Translations under genes and position numbers: made by a program
Origin: an uncultured Acidobacteriota bacterium
GTDB taxonomy: Bacteria > Acidobacteriota > Vicinamibacteria > Fen-336
Length of the DNA stretch: 64,000 nucleotides
Direction: 5' to 3'
NCBI GenBank assembly: GCA_963697835.1
Contig: CAVOPG010000001.1
Coordinates: 772,764 to 836,763 of the forward strand
Shown: positions 11,877 through 21,777 of the stretch, piece by piece
Layout: each line of letters starts with the position of its first letter
Position numbering within the stretch: the first letter of the stretch is position 1
Notes under the pieces: generated by a model
What the model saw: the letters and a program-made list of their open reading frames with translations, nothing else
What the model was told of the DNA's origin: nothing
The model's database searches: none

Positions 11877-14330
11877 TCAACGCACCTTCCACTCCTGGAT
11901 ACCCGCCGACCGCTCCGGCTGCAGGACCACCTCGAGGCGCAGGCCGCTCGTCGTCAACGGCTCGAACGTGACCTTGTTGTACCGGTCCGGCTCGACGCCG
12001 AGAGGTCCCGAGGTCTCCACCGGCTTCCAGGCCTCGCCGTCCTTGTAGAGGATTCGCCAGGCCGCCGGCACACGGCACTCCCCGGTGTCGTCGAACCAGT
12101 ACACCTCCACCTCCGACACCGCGCTCGGCTTCTCGAAGGCGTACTCGACCCACTCCGTGGTGCCCTTCTCGGGCCACCAGTGGAAGAAGGAGCTGGTGGC
12201 GTCCCGGGAGCTGCGCGGCTCGTTCTGGTCGTTGGCCGCCCGGGGGTCGTGGCCCCCCCGCGAGGAGCTCACCGCGGCTCGGGAGGCCAGGGTCGGCAGG
12301 GGTTGGGGCCGCGCGCTCATCTCACGGTTGGGGATGAAGACCAGCATCTCCCCCGGTCCGCGGTTCGCCCAGGCGTAGTAGGGGATGGCCGTGAAGTCCT
12401 GCTCGTGTCGCGTCACCTTCCCCTTCGCGTCGTAGGCGAGGGCGACGGCGCGTCCGGTGACGACCTGGACGCCGTTCAGGACGTCGGGCCGGAACTGGCT
12501 CGAGAGCGTCGCGTCGTCGGGCAGGAGGAGGTTGCGCACCTTGCCGCCGGCGTTGTCCGGCCACTCGGCCGCGTACACGAGGGGACCGCGCTGCAGCGCC
12601 ACCCGCCCCTGGTCGGCCTCGACCGAGGGATGCGCCACGACGCGGCGGACCGGCATCGGCAGGCCCAGCTCGATCACGTCACCCGTCTTCCAGCGGCGAT
12701 CGAGCCTCGCGTAGCCCTTCTCGAGAGTGGGGACGAGCGCCTGCCCATTGACCCGAAGCGTCGCCTTCGCGTCGGACGCATCGGCGTAGCGGTAGAGGTC
12801 GCTCGGCACCGCCTCGCCGCGGGCCCACCCCGGGACCCGGACCCGGATCGACAAGGGGCCCTCGCGGTCGGGGCGCACCGTGATCCGGACCGCGCCGTCC
12901 CAGGGATAGCGCGTCTCCTGGACGAGCTTCACCTTGCGCCCGCCGTCCATCTCGATCTCGGCCGTGCTCGCCACGAAGAGGTTCACGTAGATGGCGTCGC
13001 CCTCCTTGGCGTAGACGTAGCCGGGGACCGAGGCGAGGAAGCGGGTCATGTTGCCGGGGCAGCACGCGACGCCGAACCAGGGGCTGCGCTGGTGCTGGCC
13101 GGCCGACTCGAGGGGGTTCGGGTAGAAGAACGAACGGCCGTCGAGAGAGACGCCGGAGAGGAGGCCGTTGTAGAGCGTCCGCTCCATCACGTCCACGTAC
13201 CGGGCGTCGGCGTGCAGCAGGAACAGCCGGTGGTTCCAGAAGTCGTTGCCGATGGCGGCGCAGGTCTCGTTGTAGGCACTCATGTTGGGCAGCTCGTAGT
13301 CCCTCCCGAACGCCTCCCCGGAGCCGGTCGACCCGATGCCCCCGGTGAGGTAGAGCTTGCGGTCCACCACGTTCTGCCAGATTCGGCCCATGGCGTCCAC
13401 GTAGGCCTGCTCCCCGGTGAGCGCCGCCACGTCCGCCATGCCCGAGTACATGTACGTGGCGCGCACGGCGTGGCCGACGGCCTCGCTCTGCTCCACCACT
13501 TTCTGGTGCGACTGGTTGTACGTGCGGCCGGCCCCTTCCGTGCCGTCGGGGCCGCGCTCGTCCAGCAGGAACTTCGCGAGCGCGAGGTAACGCGCGTCAC
13601 CCGTGACACGGTAGAGCTTGACGAGGCCCATCTCGGTGATCTGGTGCCCGGGCCAGATCGACCGCTTTCCCGGCCCGAAGGTCCGGTCCAGCAGCTCGGC
13701 CGTCCGAATGGCCACGTCCAGAAGCGTCCGCTTGCCGGTGGCCTGGTAGTGAGCCACCGCCGCCTCGTACAGGTGCCCCAGGTCGTACAGCTCGTGGCTG
13801 TCCACCTTCTCCCGGCTCCAGCGCTCCTTCCCCGCCCAGCGGTGCGGGTTCTCGGGGTCGATGGTCCGGGTCGTGTAGAGGTAACCGTCCTTCTCCTGGG
13901 CCGCGGCGATCTTCTCGATGAGACCGTCCAGGTACGCTTCCAGCTTCGGATCGGGCTTGACGCTCAGCGTGTAGGCGGCGCCCTCGATCACCTTGTAGAC
14001 GTCGGTGTCGTCGAAGGGGTACCCGGGGGGCGACTTGTCCTCGAGCGTTTCGCCCCGGAGGACGGCGGCCGCCCGCTCGAAGTGATAGATGCGTTTCGTC
14101 TCCTCGCACTTCTCGAAGGCGAAGGGAATCGTCACCGTCCGATTGACCTCGATGCGCGGCAGCCAGAAGGCGTCGTTGAAGTGCACCGCGGTGAAGGGCA
14201 CGGGCTGGACGGGGTAGTCGCGGGGTGGCTTTCCGACGGCGTCTCCGGCTTCCGCTCGAACGGGACCGGCCGGGCAGAGGGCGGCGCCGAGGGCCAGCGT
14301 GATCGCGATCCGGAGTGCGTCGTTCTTCAT
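11877..14330 (-). CDS. GH127 beta-L-arabinofuranosidase with C-terminal galactose-binding-like domain, secreted
   Basis: Signal peptide; DTDVYKVIEGAAY, HELY, GHAVRA, YNETCA, ACCPGN, QRGPLVY, IPYYAWANRG. Confidence 0.93.
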   Translation of the reverse strand: MKNDALRIAITLALGAALCPAGPVRAEAGDAVGKPPRDYPVQPVPFTAVHFNDAFWLPRIEVNRTVTIPFAFEKCEETKRIYHFERAAAVLRGETLEDKSPPGYPFDDTDVYKVIEGAAYTLSVKPDPKLEAYLDGLIEKIAAAQEKDGYLYTTRTIDPENPHRWAGKERWSREKVDSHELYDLGHLYEAAVAHYQATGKRTLLDVAIRTAELLDRTFGPGKRSIWPGHQITEMGLVKLYRVTGDARYLALAKFLLDERGPDGTEGAGRTYNQSHQKVVEQSEAVGHAVRATYMYSGMADVAALTGEQAYVDAMGRIWQNVVDRKLYLTGGIGSTGSGEAFGRDYELPNMSAYNETCAAIGNDFWNHRLFLLHADARYVDVMERTLYNGLLSGVSLDGRSFFYPNPLESAGQHQRSPWFGVACCPGNMTRFLASVPGYVYAKEGDAIYVNLFVASTAEIEMDGGRKVKLVQETRYPWDGAVRITVRPDREGPLSIRVRVPGWARGEAVPSDLYRYADASDAKATLRVNGQALVPTLEKGYARLDRRWKTGDVIELGLPMPVRRVVAHPSVEADQGRVALQRGPLVYAAEWPDNAGGKVRNLLLPDDATLSSQFRPDVLNGVQVVTGRAVALAYDAKGKVTRHEQDFTAIPYYAWANRGPGEMLVFIPNREMSARPQPLPTLASRAAVSSSRGGHDPRAANDQNEPRSSRDATSSFFHWWPEKGTTEWVEYAFEKPSAVSEVEVYWFDDTGECRVPAAWRILYKDGEAWKPVETSGPLGVEPDRYNKVTFEPLTTSGLRLEVVLQPERSAGIQEWKVR

Positions 14331-16435
14331 GGGCGGGCCTCCCCCGAGCGGTTGACTCGCAGGATGATGACGGACACGGAGCGCGGGGGCAACGACACCT
14401 GGAAGCTGCCGCCCGCGGGGATGACTTCGCGACGCGGGCGAATCGCATCAGGCGTGGCGAAGCTGTTGCGCGTCTCCAGGCTGTCCGCCGTGATCAGGTG
14501 CCAGGTCGCTTGCGGACCGACGTCGACGCCGCGCAGGTCGACCCGGGTGGTGACGGCGCTCGTCGGCCCGGTATTGACCACCTTGACGTAGATCTCGCGG
14601 CCGCCTTCGGACCGGCTGACCACCGCGTCGAGGACCGGCACGCGCGTGCCCTCGCGGCTGGCGTCGAACGTCGGTCCCTCGACCGTGGTCTTGAGCCGGT
14701 CCCGCCCGAGGTGCTGGCCGTAGAGGAGGTTGACGTAGTAGGGCGGGGAGACGAAGACGCCGTCGCGGCTGGCTTGAATGATGCCGCCGGGCCATCCGTT
14801 GACCAGGTCGGATTCGGCGCTCAGGGCCACGAGCGGGCTCGTGCGCTCGAACACGTTCATCAGCCGCGCCCCGTAGAGCGCGGCCTCCATCGAGTACAGG
14901 CGGGACTCGGGCAGGTCCAGCCCCCACTCGTTGATGTTGAGCAGGATCCGGCGGCCCGGCGCCTCCGCCTGGATGAGCTTCTCGACGTCCTTGTAGAAGC
15001 GCTCGTAGTGGAGCGGCCGGGCCATCAGGTTGCGCGCGTCGCCGGCCATCTCCTTCCGCCCGTAGTAGTGGTGAATCGCCAGCTGGTCGATCTTGTCGCC
15101 GGCGATCCGGAGCACGGTGCGGTTCCACTCCATGTCGTTGTCGCCGACCGCGATGAACTCGATGGTGGAGTCGACGGCGTGCATGGCCTGGTGGTACCGG
15201 AGGTAGTTGCGGGCGTAGGTCAGGGCGTCGGAGTGCCCGCGTACCCAGTCGCCCCAGATCTCGTTGCCCAGCTCCCAGTACTTGACGTGGTAGGGCTCGG
15301 GATGCCCGTTGGCGGCGCGCATGGCCCCGAGCCGCGAGGTGGCGGGGCCGTTGCAGTACTCGACCCACGCGGCGGCTTCCTCTGCCGTCGCGCCCCGTCC
15401 TTCCACGTTGACCGTGATCGACGGCTCCGCTCCCACGCGGCGGCAGAAGGCGACGAACTCGTCCGTGCCGATGTCGCCGGGCTCCGGCTCGCGGCTCCAG
15501 GACAGATTGACCCAGACGGGACGGCGGTCCCGGGGGCCGACGCCCCACATCCAGTGGTAGTCCTGCGCGACGTTGCCGCCGGGCCAGCGAACGAACGCAG
15601 GGCGCAGCGCCGCCACGCGCGCCTCGACATCGGCCCGGATTCCACCGACGGCATCCCCCGGCATGAGCGACACCCGATCGACCCACACGCGCCCGCGCCC
15701 CTCGAAGAGAATGGCCAGCCGGGCGTGGGAATCGGCCCGGTCCGGAATGAGCGTGAACGGGTACTGCCTCCAGTCGGCCTCGAAGTGCCCGATCTCCGCC
15801 TCGGCATACGTCCGCCCGCCGGATACGTCCTCCTCCAGGGCCACGAGGATGCGCCCCTCGTAGTCGGTCGTCTTCAGCCAGAGATACCCGCGGTAGGCGA
15901 CCCCCGCCCGGACCGGGATGCGCGGCTGGTAGACCCCGTGCCGCTCGACCGTGCCCTCGCCCAGGTCCACGCGGAGTGAATGCTGCACCGGCTTCTCGTC
16001 GAGGAGGTCGAGCGCGACGGGACAGGCGACCGAGTCGTCCCAGAGGAGGCTCATGCCGTAGTCGTGGATGCGGTCGTCCGGATAGCGTTCCCAGTAGCGC
16101 GACAGGCCGAAGTTGTTCGCCGCCTCGTCGAAGCCGCGGTTGCGCACCAGCTCGGCGGACAACCCCCCTTTGACGCCTTCGTACATGAACTCGGCGAACT
16201 GCCCGTAGAGCCGGCTGTCGATCTGGCCCTCGACCTGCGCGGCGTCGACGATGATGCGGGCCTCCTGCACCGCGGCAGCGGAGGCGAGGGAGGGCGAGTC
16301 TCTGGTCGGAGGCGCCGCCGCTGCCGCGGAACGCGGTCCGGTGGCTCCTCCCCAGAGCATCAGTCCGAGGAGGACACCCCCCAGGCAGAATTCCCCTGAT
16401 CCACTGCGCTGGCGACAGAGCACGAGGTCCCGCAT
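14327..16435 (-). CDS. GH51 alpha-L-arabinofuranosidase with N-terminal CBM-like domain
   Basis: YGQFAE, RWPGGN, GTDEF, YWELGNE, INEW. Confidence 0.88.
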   Translation of the reverse strand: MRDLVLCRQRSGSGEFCLGGVLLGLMLWGGATGPRSAAAAAPPTRDSPSLASAAAVQEARIIVDAAQVEGQIDSRLYGQFAEFMYEGVKGGLSAELVRNRGFDEAANNFGLSRYWERYPDDRIHDYGMSLLWDDSVACPVALDLLDEKPVQHSLRVDLGEGTVERHGVYQPRIPVRAGVAYRGYLWLKTTDYEGRILVALEEDVSGGRTYAEAEIGHFEADWRQYPFTLIPDRADSHARLAILFEGRGRVWVDRVSLMPGDAVGGIRADVEARVAALRPAFVRWPGGNVAQDYHWMWGVGPRDRRPVWVNLSWSREPEPGDIGTDEFVAFCRRVGAEPSITVNVEGRGATAEEAAAWVEYCNGPATSRLGAMRAANGHPEPYHVKYWELGNEIWGDWVRGHSDALTYARNYLRYHQAMHAVDSTIEFIAVGDNDMEWNRTVLRIAGDKIDQLAIHHYYGRKEMAGDARNLMARPLHYERFYKDVEKLIQAEAPGRRILLNINEWGLDLPESRLYSMEAALYGARLMNVFERTSPLVALSAESDLVNGWPGGIIQASRDGVFVSPPYYVNLLYGQHLGRDRLKTTVEGPTFDASREGTRVPVLDAVVSRSEGGREIYVKVVNTGPTSAVTTRVDLRGVDVGPQATWHLITADSLETRNSFATPDAIRPRREVIPAGGSFQVSLPPRSVSVIILRVNRSGEARP

Positions 16436-16441
16436 CGCTCG

Positions 16442-18034
16442 TCAGCTCGACGCCGCGGCCAACGTCAGCACGACGACCGACCGTGGCGGAAGCCGTGCCT
16501 CGAGCGCGGAACCCTGGAGCGTGGCGCCCGTGAAGGCCGCCGGCTGCACGCGGTTCGGGGCGTCCACGGTGTTGTGCGCGTCGAGGGTGTCGCCGGTGAG
16601 GACGCGGCCGGTCACGGAGGCGAGCTTGGGCCCCTGGATGGTCGCCGCCACCGCCACCGCCGCCTTCGGATCGAGGTTGACGAGGCTCACGTGCACGCGC
16701 CCCTGCGCGTCCTTCGAAGCCGACGCGCTGACCGCGGGGATCTTCTCGCTGCCCTGCGTGTAGTCGTCCGTCTCGAGGTCGAGGGGCACGAAGGTCGCGT
16801 CGTGATGCACCTGGTACATGTCGAAGACGTGATAGGTCGGCGTCAGCACCATCTTCTCACCGTCGGTCAGGATGAGCGCCTGGAGCACGTTGACGAGCTG
16901 GGCGATGTTGGCCATCTTCACGCGCCGGGCGTGGGCGTGGAAGATGTTGAAGGTCGCGCCCGCGACGACCGCGTCTCGAATCGAGTTCTGCTGGACGAGA
17001 AACGCCGGGTTGCTGCCCGGGAGGGGAGAGTACCAGGTCCCCCACTCGTCGACGAAGAGCCCGATCCGGCCTTCGGGATCGTGCTTCGCCATGATCTCCT
17101 CGGCCTCGACCAGCAGGCCGTCCATCTTGAGGGCGTCGCGGAGGATGGCGAACCACTGGTCCTCGCCGAAACCGATCGAGGGAAGCTTGTCCTCCCACCG
17201 GGCGCTTCCGGTCGTGTAGTAGTGCATGGAGATGCCTTCGATCCCGCGACGAACGCGCCCGGCCAGCACGTCCAGCCACTCGAGCCGCGTCCCGCCGGGG
17301 CCGGCGGCGACGCGGGTGAGCTCGTTGGGGGCCCAGTTCCGCGCGTAGACGCTGAAGCGCCGATACAGGTCGGAGTAGTACTCGGGCGTCATCTCGCCGC
17401 CGCAGCCCCAGTTCTCGTTGCCGATCCCCAGGAAGGGGACCTTCCACGGCTCCTTCCGGCCGTTGGCGGCGCGGCGCTTGGCGAGCTCGCTGTCGCCGCC
17501 GAAGGTCATGTACTCGACCCAGTCGGCCATCTCCTGCGGGGTCCCGCTGCCCACGTTGGCGGCAATGTAGGGCTCGGCCCCGATCTGCTCGCAGAGGTCG
17601 AGAAACTCGTGCGTGCCGAAGCGGTTGTCTTCAACCACGCCGCCCCAGTGGATGTTGACCCGACGGGGCCGCTTCTCCGTCGGTCCGACGCCGTCCGCCC
17701 AGTGGTATTGGTCGGCAAAGCAGCCGCCGGGCCAGCGCAGGTTGGGGATCTTGATGCGGCGCAGGGCCTGGACGATGTCGTTGCGGACGCCGCGGGTGTT
17801 GGGAATCTTCGACTCGGGAGAGACCCAGAGACCGTCGTAGATGCAGCGGCCGAGGTGCTCGGCGAAGTGGCCGTAGATGTGCCGGCTGATCCTCGGCCCG
17901 GACTCGTTGGCGCGGATCGTCAGCGAGGCGTGCTTCATTTCCTGCGCCGACACGACCTCGCTCGCCGCCTGCAGGAGGAAGAGGCCTCCGAGGCCCAGCC
18001 AGAGACTCGAAATGGTCGGGAACCTCCGCATCAT
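16442..18034 (-). CDS. GH51 alpha-L-arabinofuranosidase
   Basis: YGHFAEHLGRCIY, LRWPGGCFAD, GIGNENWGCGG, VDEWGTW, MANIAQLVNVLQ; signal peptide. Confidence 0.95.
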   Translation of the reverse strand: MMRRFPTISSLWLGLGGLFLLQAASEVVSAQEMKHASLTIRANESGPRISRHIYGHFAEHLGRCIYDGLWVSPESKIPNTRGVRNDIVQALRRIKIPNLRWPGGCFADQYHWADGVGPTEKRPRRVNIHWGGVVEDNRFGTHEFLDLCEQIGAEPYIAANVGSGTPQEMADWVEYMTFGGDSELAKRRAANGRKEPWKVPFLGIGNENWGCGGEMTPEYYSDLYRRFSVYARNWAPNELTRVAAGPGGTRLEWLDVLAGRVRRGIEGISMHYYTTGSARWEDKLPSIGFGEDQWFAILRDALKMDGLLVEAEEIMAKHDPEGRIGLFVDEWGTWYSPLPGSNPAFLVQQNSIRDAVVAGATFNIFHAHARRVKMANIAQLVNVLQALILTDGEKMVLTPTYHVFDMYQVHHDATFVPLDLETDDYTQGSEKIPAVSASASKDAQGRVHVSLVNLDPKAAVAVAATIQGPKLASVTGRVLTGDTLDAHNTVDAPNRVQPAAFTGATLQGSALEARLPPRSVVVLTLAAASS

Positions 18035-18077
18035 CGTCGGCCTCCTCGGTTTCTCCTCGACGGTTGAAGGGTCCGTC

Positions 18078-19682
18078 TCAGGCGACTTGCAGCTCCAGGG
18101 CGACGACGGCCTGCTTGGGAACGGTCACGTGGGCCGCGTCGCCGCGGACCTTCACGGTCAGGTCCTTCAGGGTCACGTTGTCGGGGTCGTCGAAGGTGTT
18201 CGTGGCCGTCATCTTCTCGTGGGTCAGGACGCTCCCGCGCCCCTCGGCCACTCGGCCGCCCCCGCCCAGGCGGATGCGGGCGGAGACCGCGGCATCCAGG
18301 GACGGATTGGTCAGCGTGACCGCGAGCCGCCGGTCGCGGATAGAGGCCGAGCCGGAGAGCCCGGCGAGCCTCGCCGACCCTTCCAGGACGGGCACCGTCA
18401 GCTCGGGGATCCCGATCTGCATCGGGATGGCACGAGCTCCCATGTGAGGACGATACATCTCGAACGCGTAGTACGCCGGTGTCCGCGTGTACTTGTCCTC
18501 GACGGCGGCGAAGAGGGAATGCAGGCAGTTGATCGTCTGCGCCACGTTGGCCATCTCGATCTTCTCCGCGTGCCGGTTGAAGACGTCGAACGTCATCGCC
18601 GCGTGCAGCGCGTCCCGCAAGGTGATCGTCTGGCTGAGAAGGTAGGCGGGCCCGAGCTCGGTCCCCCCGCTGTACCAGTTGCCCCACTCGTCGATGACGA
18701 GCCGGGTGCGGTGCTCGGGATCGTACCTCTCCATCAGGCGCCAGTGATCTTCGATGATCCCTTCGATGCGCACGCCCTTGTGAAGGACGCCGTACCAGCC
18801 CCTCTCGTCGAACGTGGCGCCGTTCTCCGAGGTCTGGCGGAAGTCCGTGTAGTAGTGCAGCGCGAAGCCGTCCACGCGCGAGCGGTGACCCCGCAAGCCC
18901 TCGAAGAAGCCCTCCGTCCAGCCCAGGTCCTTGTCGGCGGAGTGGCCTCGAGGACCGGCGGCGACGAAGTAGGGCTCCGTGTACATGGGGAACTGCGTCA
19001 CGAACTTGCGGTACAGGGTGGCGTACTCGCCGCCCGTCATGTCTCCGCCGCAGCCCCAGGACTCGTTCCCCACGCCCCAGTACCTGATGGCGAACGGCTC
19101 CGCGGCGCCGTTCTTCGCCCGCTCGTCGGCCAGTGAGACCGTGCCGAGAGGAGCGTTGCAGTACAGCACCCAGTCGTGGAACTCCCTGGGAGTTCCCGAG
19201 CCGACGTTCGCCGCGACGTAGGGCTCGGCCCCGACCAGCCGGCAGAGGCGCATGAACTCGTGGATGCCGAAGTGGTTCGTTTCCGTCGCGCGCACGCCTG
19301 CGGGCATGCGGGGCTCCCAGAAGTTGTAGGTGCGGGGACGCTTGTCGGCGGGGCCGATGCCGTCGCGCCAGTGGTAGGAGTCGGCGAAGCAGCCCCCCGG
19401 CCAGCGCAGGTTCGGCGCGCCGATGCGCTTCATGTCCTCGACGAACTGCTTTCGGATGCCGTCGACGTTCGGGATCTTCGAATCGCGGCCGACCCAGATG
19501 CCGTCGTAGATGACACCCCCGAGGTGCTCGACGAAGTGCCCGTAGAAATGCGGGTTGATCACGGGGCCGGGCGTGGCGGGCGTCAGCACGATCTCGGCGT
19601 CGGCGGCGAGAGAGGCCCGGGAGGCGGCGAGCGCGCTGATCCCGGCGCCGGCCGCGGTCCTGAGGAATGCGCGTCGCTGCAC
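18078..19682 (-). CDS. GH51 alpha-L-arabinofuranosidase, Tat-exported
   Basis: QRRAFL Tat motif; GHFVEHLG, RWPGGCFAD, GVGNESWGCGG, IDEWG. Confidence 0.94.
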   Translation of the reverse strand: MQRRAFLRTAAGAGISALAASRASLAADAEIVLTPATPGPVINPHFYGHFVEHLGGVIYDGIWVGRDSKIPNVDGIRKQFVEDMKRIGAPNLRWPGGCFADSYHWRDGIGPADKRPRTYNFWEPRMPAGVRATETNHFGIHEFMRLCRLVGAEPYVAANVGSGTPREFHDWVLYCNAPLGTVSLADERAKNGAAEPFAIRYWGVGNESWGCGGDMTGGEYATLYRKFVTQFPMYTEPYFVAAGPRGHSADKDLGWTEGFFEGLRGHRSRVDGFALHYYTDFRQTSENGATFDERGWYGVLHKGVRIEGIIEDHWRLMERYDPEHRTRLVIDEWGNWYSGGTELGPAYLLSQTITLRDALHAAMTFDVFNRHAEKIEMANVAQTINCLHSLFAAVEDKYTRTPAYYAFEMYRPHMGARAIPMQIGIPELTVPVLEGSARLAGLSGSASIRDRRLAVTLTNPSLDAAVSARIRLGGGGRVAEGRGSVLTHEKMTATNTFDDPDNVTLKDLTVKVRGDAAHVTVPKQAVVALELQVA

Positions 19683-19715
19683 GGAGACACACCTCCAATC
19701 ACCACCGGGATGACG

Positions 19716-21716
19716 TCACGCCGGTTTGACCCGCCAATAGACGGCAAAGCGCTGCCCGAAAAGGCGGTTCAAGGGAACGAGCGACAGGGGGCGGGGCTGC
19801 CCGGTGATGCGGAAGGCGAGCCCGCCTTCCGCGGCCGCTCTCGTCCAGTCGCCCGGGCTTCCGGCCACGACCTCGACGTCGCGCCGATCCAACGAGGAAT
19901 CGGCGGCCGGCCGGATCCAGTCGCCGGGATGGGTGGAGGGCGCGATCAGATCGGGCGCCGGGACGGGCCGGCCGCGCATCCCCTCCCCGCGCCGCGCGTT
20001 CACCGGGTCCGCGTACATCTTCTCGTAGGTGAGCCCCTCGTTGCCCAGCGTGCCGGCCAGCACCAAGGGGCCGTACATGAAGGCCTGCACCGTCGGGTCG
20101 TCGGGCATCGGGTGCGCGTGCACCTCCATGGGCACGCTCACCTCCAGGCGGTCGCCGCTCTTCCAGGTCCGCTCGATCGTCCAGTAGCTGGACGGCTTCG
20201 CCGAGGCGTCCTGCGTCTCGCCGTTGAGCCTCACCGCGATGCCCCGCGTCGCCCAGTAGGGAACGCGGACGCGGAGGCTCAACGTCACCGGCTTCTCGCA
20301 CTGGAACTCGAGGTGGATCCGGTCGTCGTCGGGGAATCGCGTCTCCTGGCGGATGAAGAGCCCCTTCTCGGGCCAGTGCAGCCGGGCGGGAACGAAGAGG
20401 TTGACGTACAGGCTGCGGTCGTCGTGGAAGAAGATGCTGTCGGCCAGCTTGGCGAAGCTCTCCACGCCGGTGCCCGTGCAGCACCAGAAGGAATCGAACG
20501 GCAGGCTGAACAGCTTCCAGTAGCCGGACTCGAGCGGCACGTAGAAGGTCGTCATGGCGTCGGTGGGATTCAGGGTGCCGATGATCCCGTTGAGGAAGGC
20601 GCGCTCGTAGAAGTCGGCGGTGCGGGCCTCGGGGTTCCAGGCGAAGACGTGCCGGGTGAGCTTGAGCATGTTGTAGGTGCAGCAGCACTCCTGGGTGGTG
20701 GCGCTCAGCTCGCCGGCCAGGATCCCGGGCTCGGTGCGCCAGCGCTGCCCGTTGCTGGTGCCGCCGGTGCAGTAGGAGCGGTGGAAGGCGACCTGCTGCC
20801 AGAGGAACTCCACGATGCGGCGATACCGCTCTTCGCCGAAGAGCTCGTAGCGGCGGGCGGCGCCAAGGAGCTTGGCCAGCTGGGTGTTGGCGTGCAGCCC
20901 CATGAGCTCGTCGCGCCCCGCGGCCAGGGGATCGAAGATCCGGGCGTGGTCGAAGCGGTGCGCGAGATCGGCGTGGTCCCGGTTTCCGGTCACCGCGTGG
21001 AGGTTGTAGAGGAGCTCGTTCATCCCGCCGTACTCGACTTCCAGGATGCGGTCCATCTGGTCATCGCCGAGCTGGTCGGCCCACCTCTTGGCCCAGGCGA
21101 CCATGCCGAGAGCGACGTCCAGGGCCCGCTCGTCACCACAGTGCTCGTACATGTCCAGCAGGCCGGCCATGATCTTGTGCAGGGTGTACCAGGGCGCCCA
21201 CACCGGCAGGCGCTCCTTCAGCCGCTGCATGAACTCGGGGGGAAAGGCCGAGAGCCATCCACCGCCGTTGGCCTTCTGGCATTCCCAAAGCTCAGCGACG
21301 ATGGCGCTGGCCTTGCCCTTCAGCAGCTCGTCGCCGGTGCTGCTGTACATCAGGCCACAGGCCGAGAGGTAGTGGCCCACGAAATGGCCGCGCAGCTCGA
21401 TGTCGGGCCGCTCCCACCCGCCGAGCTGCTGGGCCTTCGAGGGAAGTCCGGCGGTCAACCGGAAGGCGTGGAGCAGGCGGTCCGAATCGAGGGTATGCAG
21501 ATAGGCGCGGTTGCGATCCTGGAGCGTGTAGCAGCTTCCGCTCAGCAGGCGGACCTGGCTCAAGGGAAACGGGCGAGCCTTGATGGGCGCGGCCTCCTTG
21601 ACCGCCCGTCCGGGTCGAGGTTCGAGGCTCTCGTCCGCCAGCGCGCGGGCAGCCAGGGGCGAGGCGGCCAGCAAGGCTCCAAACTGACGTCGGCTGAGCT
21701 TGTTCTCGGTGTCCAT
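19716..21716 (-). CDS. GH146/GH127-like (DUF1680) beta-L-arabinofuranosidase, Tat-exported
   Basis: SRRQF; GGWE, ELRGHFVGHYLSA, WAPWYTLHK, EYGGMNE, HANTQ, ECCCTYNMLKL, FWCCTGTG; start MDTENK. Confidence 0.9.
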   Translation of the reverse strand: MDTENKLSRRQFGALLAASPLAARALADESLEPRPGRAVKEAAPIKARPFPLSQVRLLSGSCYTLQDRNRAYLHTLDSDRLLHAFRLTAGLPSKAQQLGGWERPDIELRGHFVGHYLSACGLMYSSTGDELLKGKASAIVAELWECQKANGGGWLSAFPPEFMQRLKERLPVWAPWYTLHKIMAGLLDMYEHCGDERALDVALGMVAWAKRWADQLGDDQMDRILEVEYGGMNELLYNLHAVTGNRDHADLAHRFDHARIFDPLAAGRDELMGLHANTQLAKLLGAARRYELFGEERYRRIVEFLWQQVAFHRSYCTGGTSNGQRWRTEPGILAGELSATTQECCCTYNMLKLTRHVFAWNPEARTADFYERAFLNGIIGTLNPTDAMTTFYVPLESGYWKLFSLPFDSFWCCTGTGVESFAKLADSIFFHDDRSLYVNLFVPARLHWPEKGLFIRQETRFPDDDRIHLEFQCEKPVTLSLRVRVPYWATRGIAVRLNGETQDASAKPSSYWTIERTWKSGDRLEVSVPMEVHAHPMPDDPTVQAFMYGPLVLAGTLGNEGLTYEKMYADPVNARRGEGMRGRPVPAPDLIAPSTHPGDWIRPAADSSLDRRDVEVVAGSPGDWTRAAAEGGLAFRITGQPRPLSLVPLNRLFGQRFAVYWRVKPA

Positions 21717-21777
21717 GGCTCGATGGAGGTGCTTATATGATACGCGGCACTCGTCGACGTCCGCGAGGTGAGCCACC

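Noticed and set aside
4602-21743. GTATCA-containing AT-rich spots (4602-4610 and 21733-21743) as a shared GntR operator
   Set aside because: They are too short and are equally explained as -10 elements of divergent promoters
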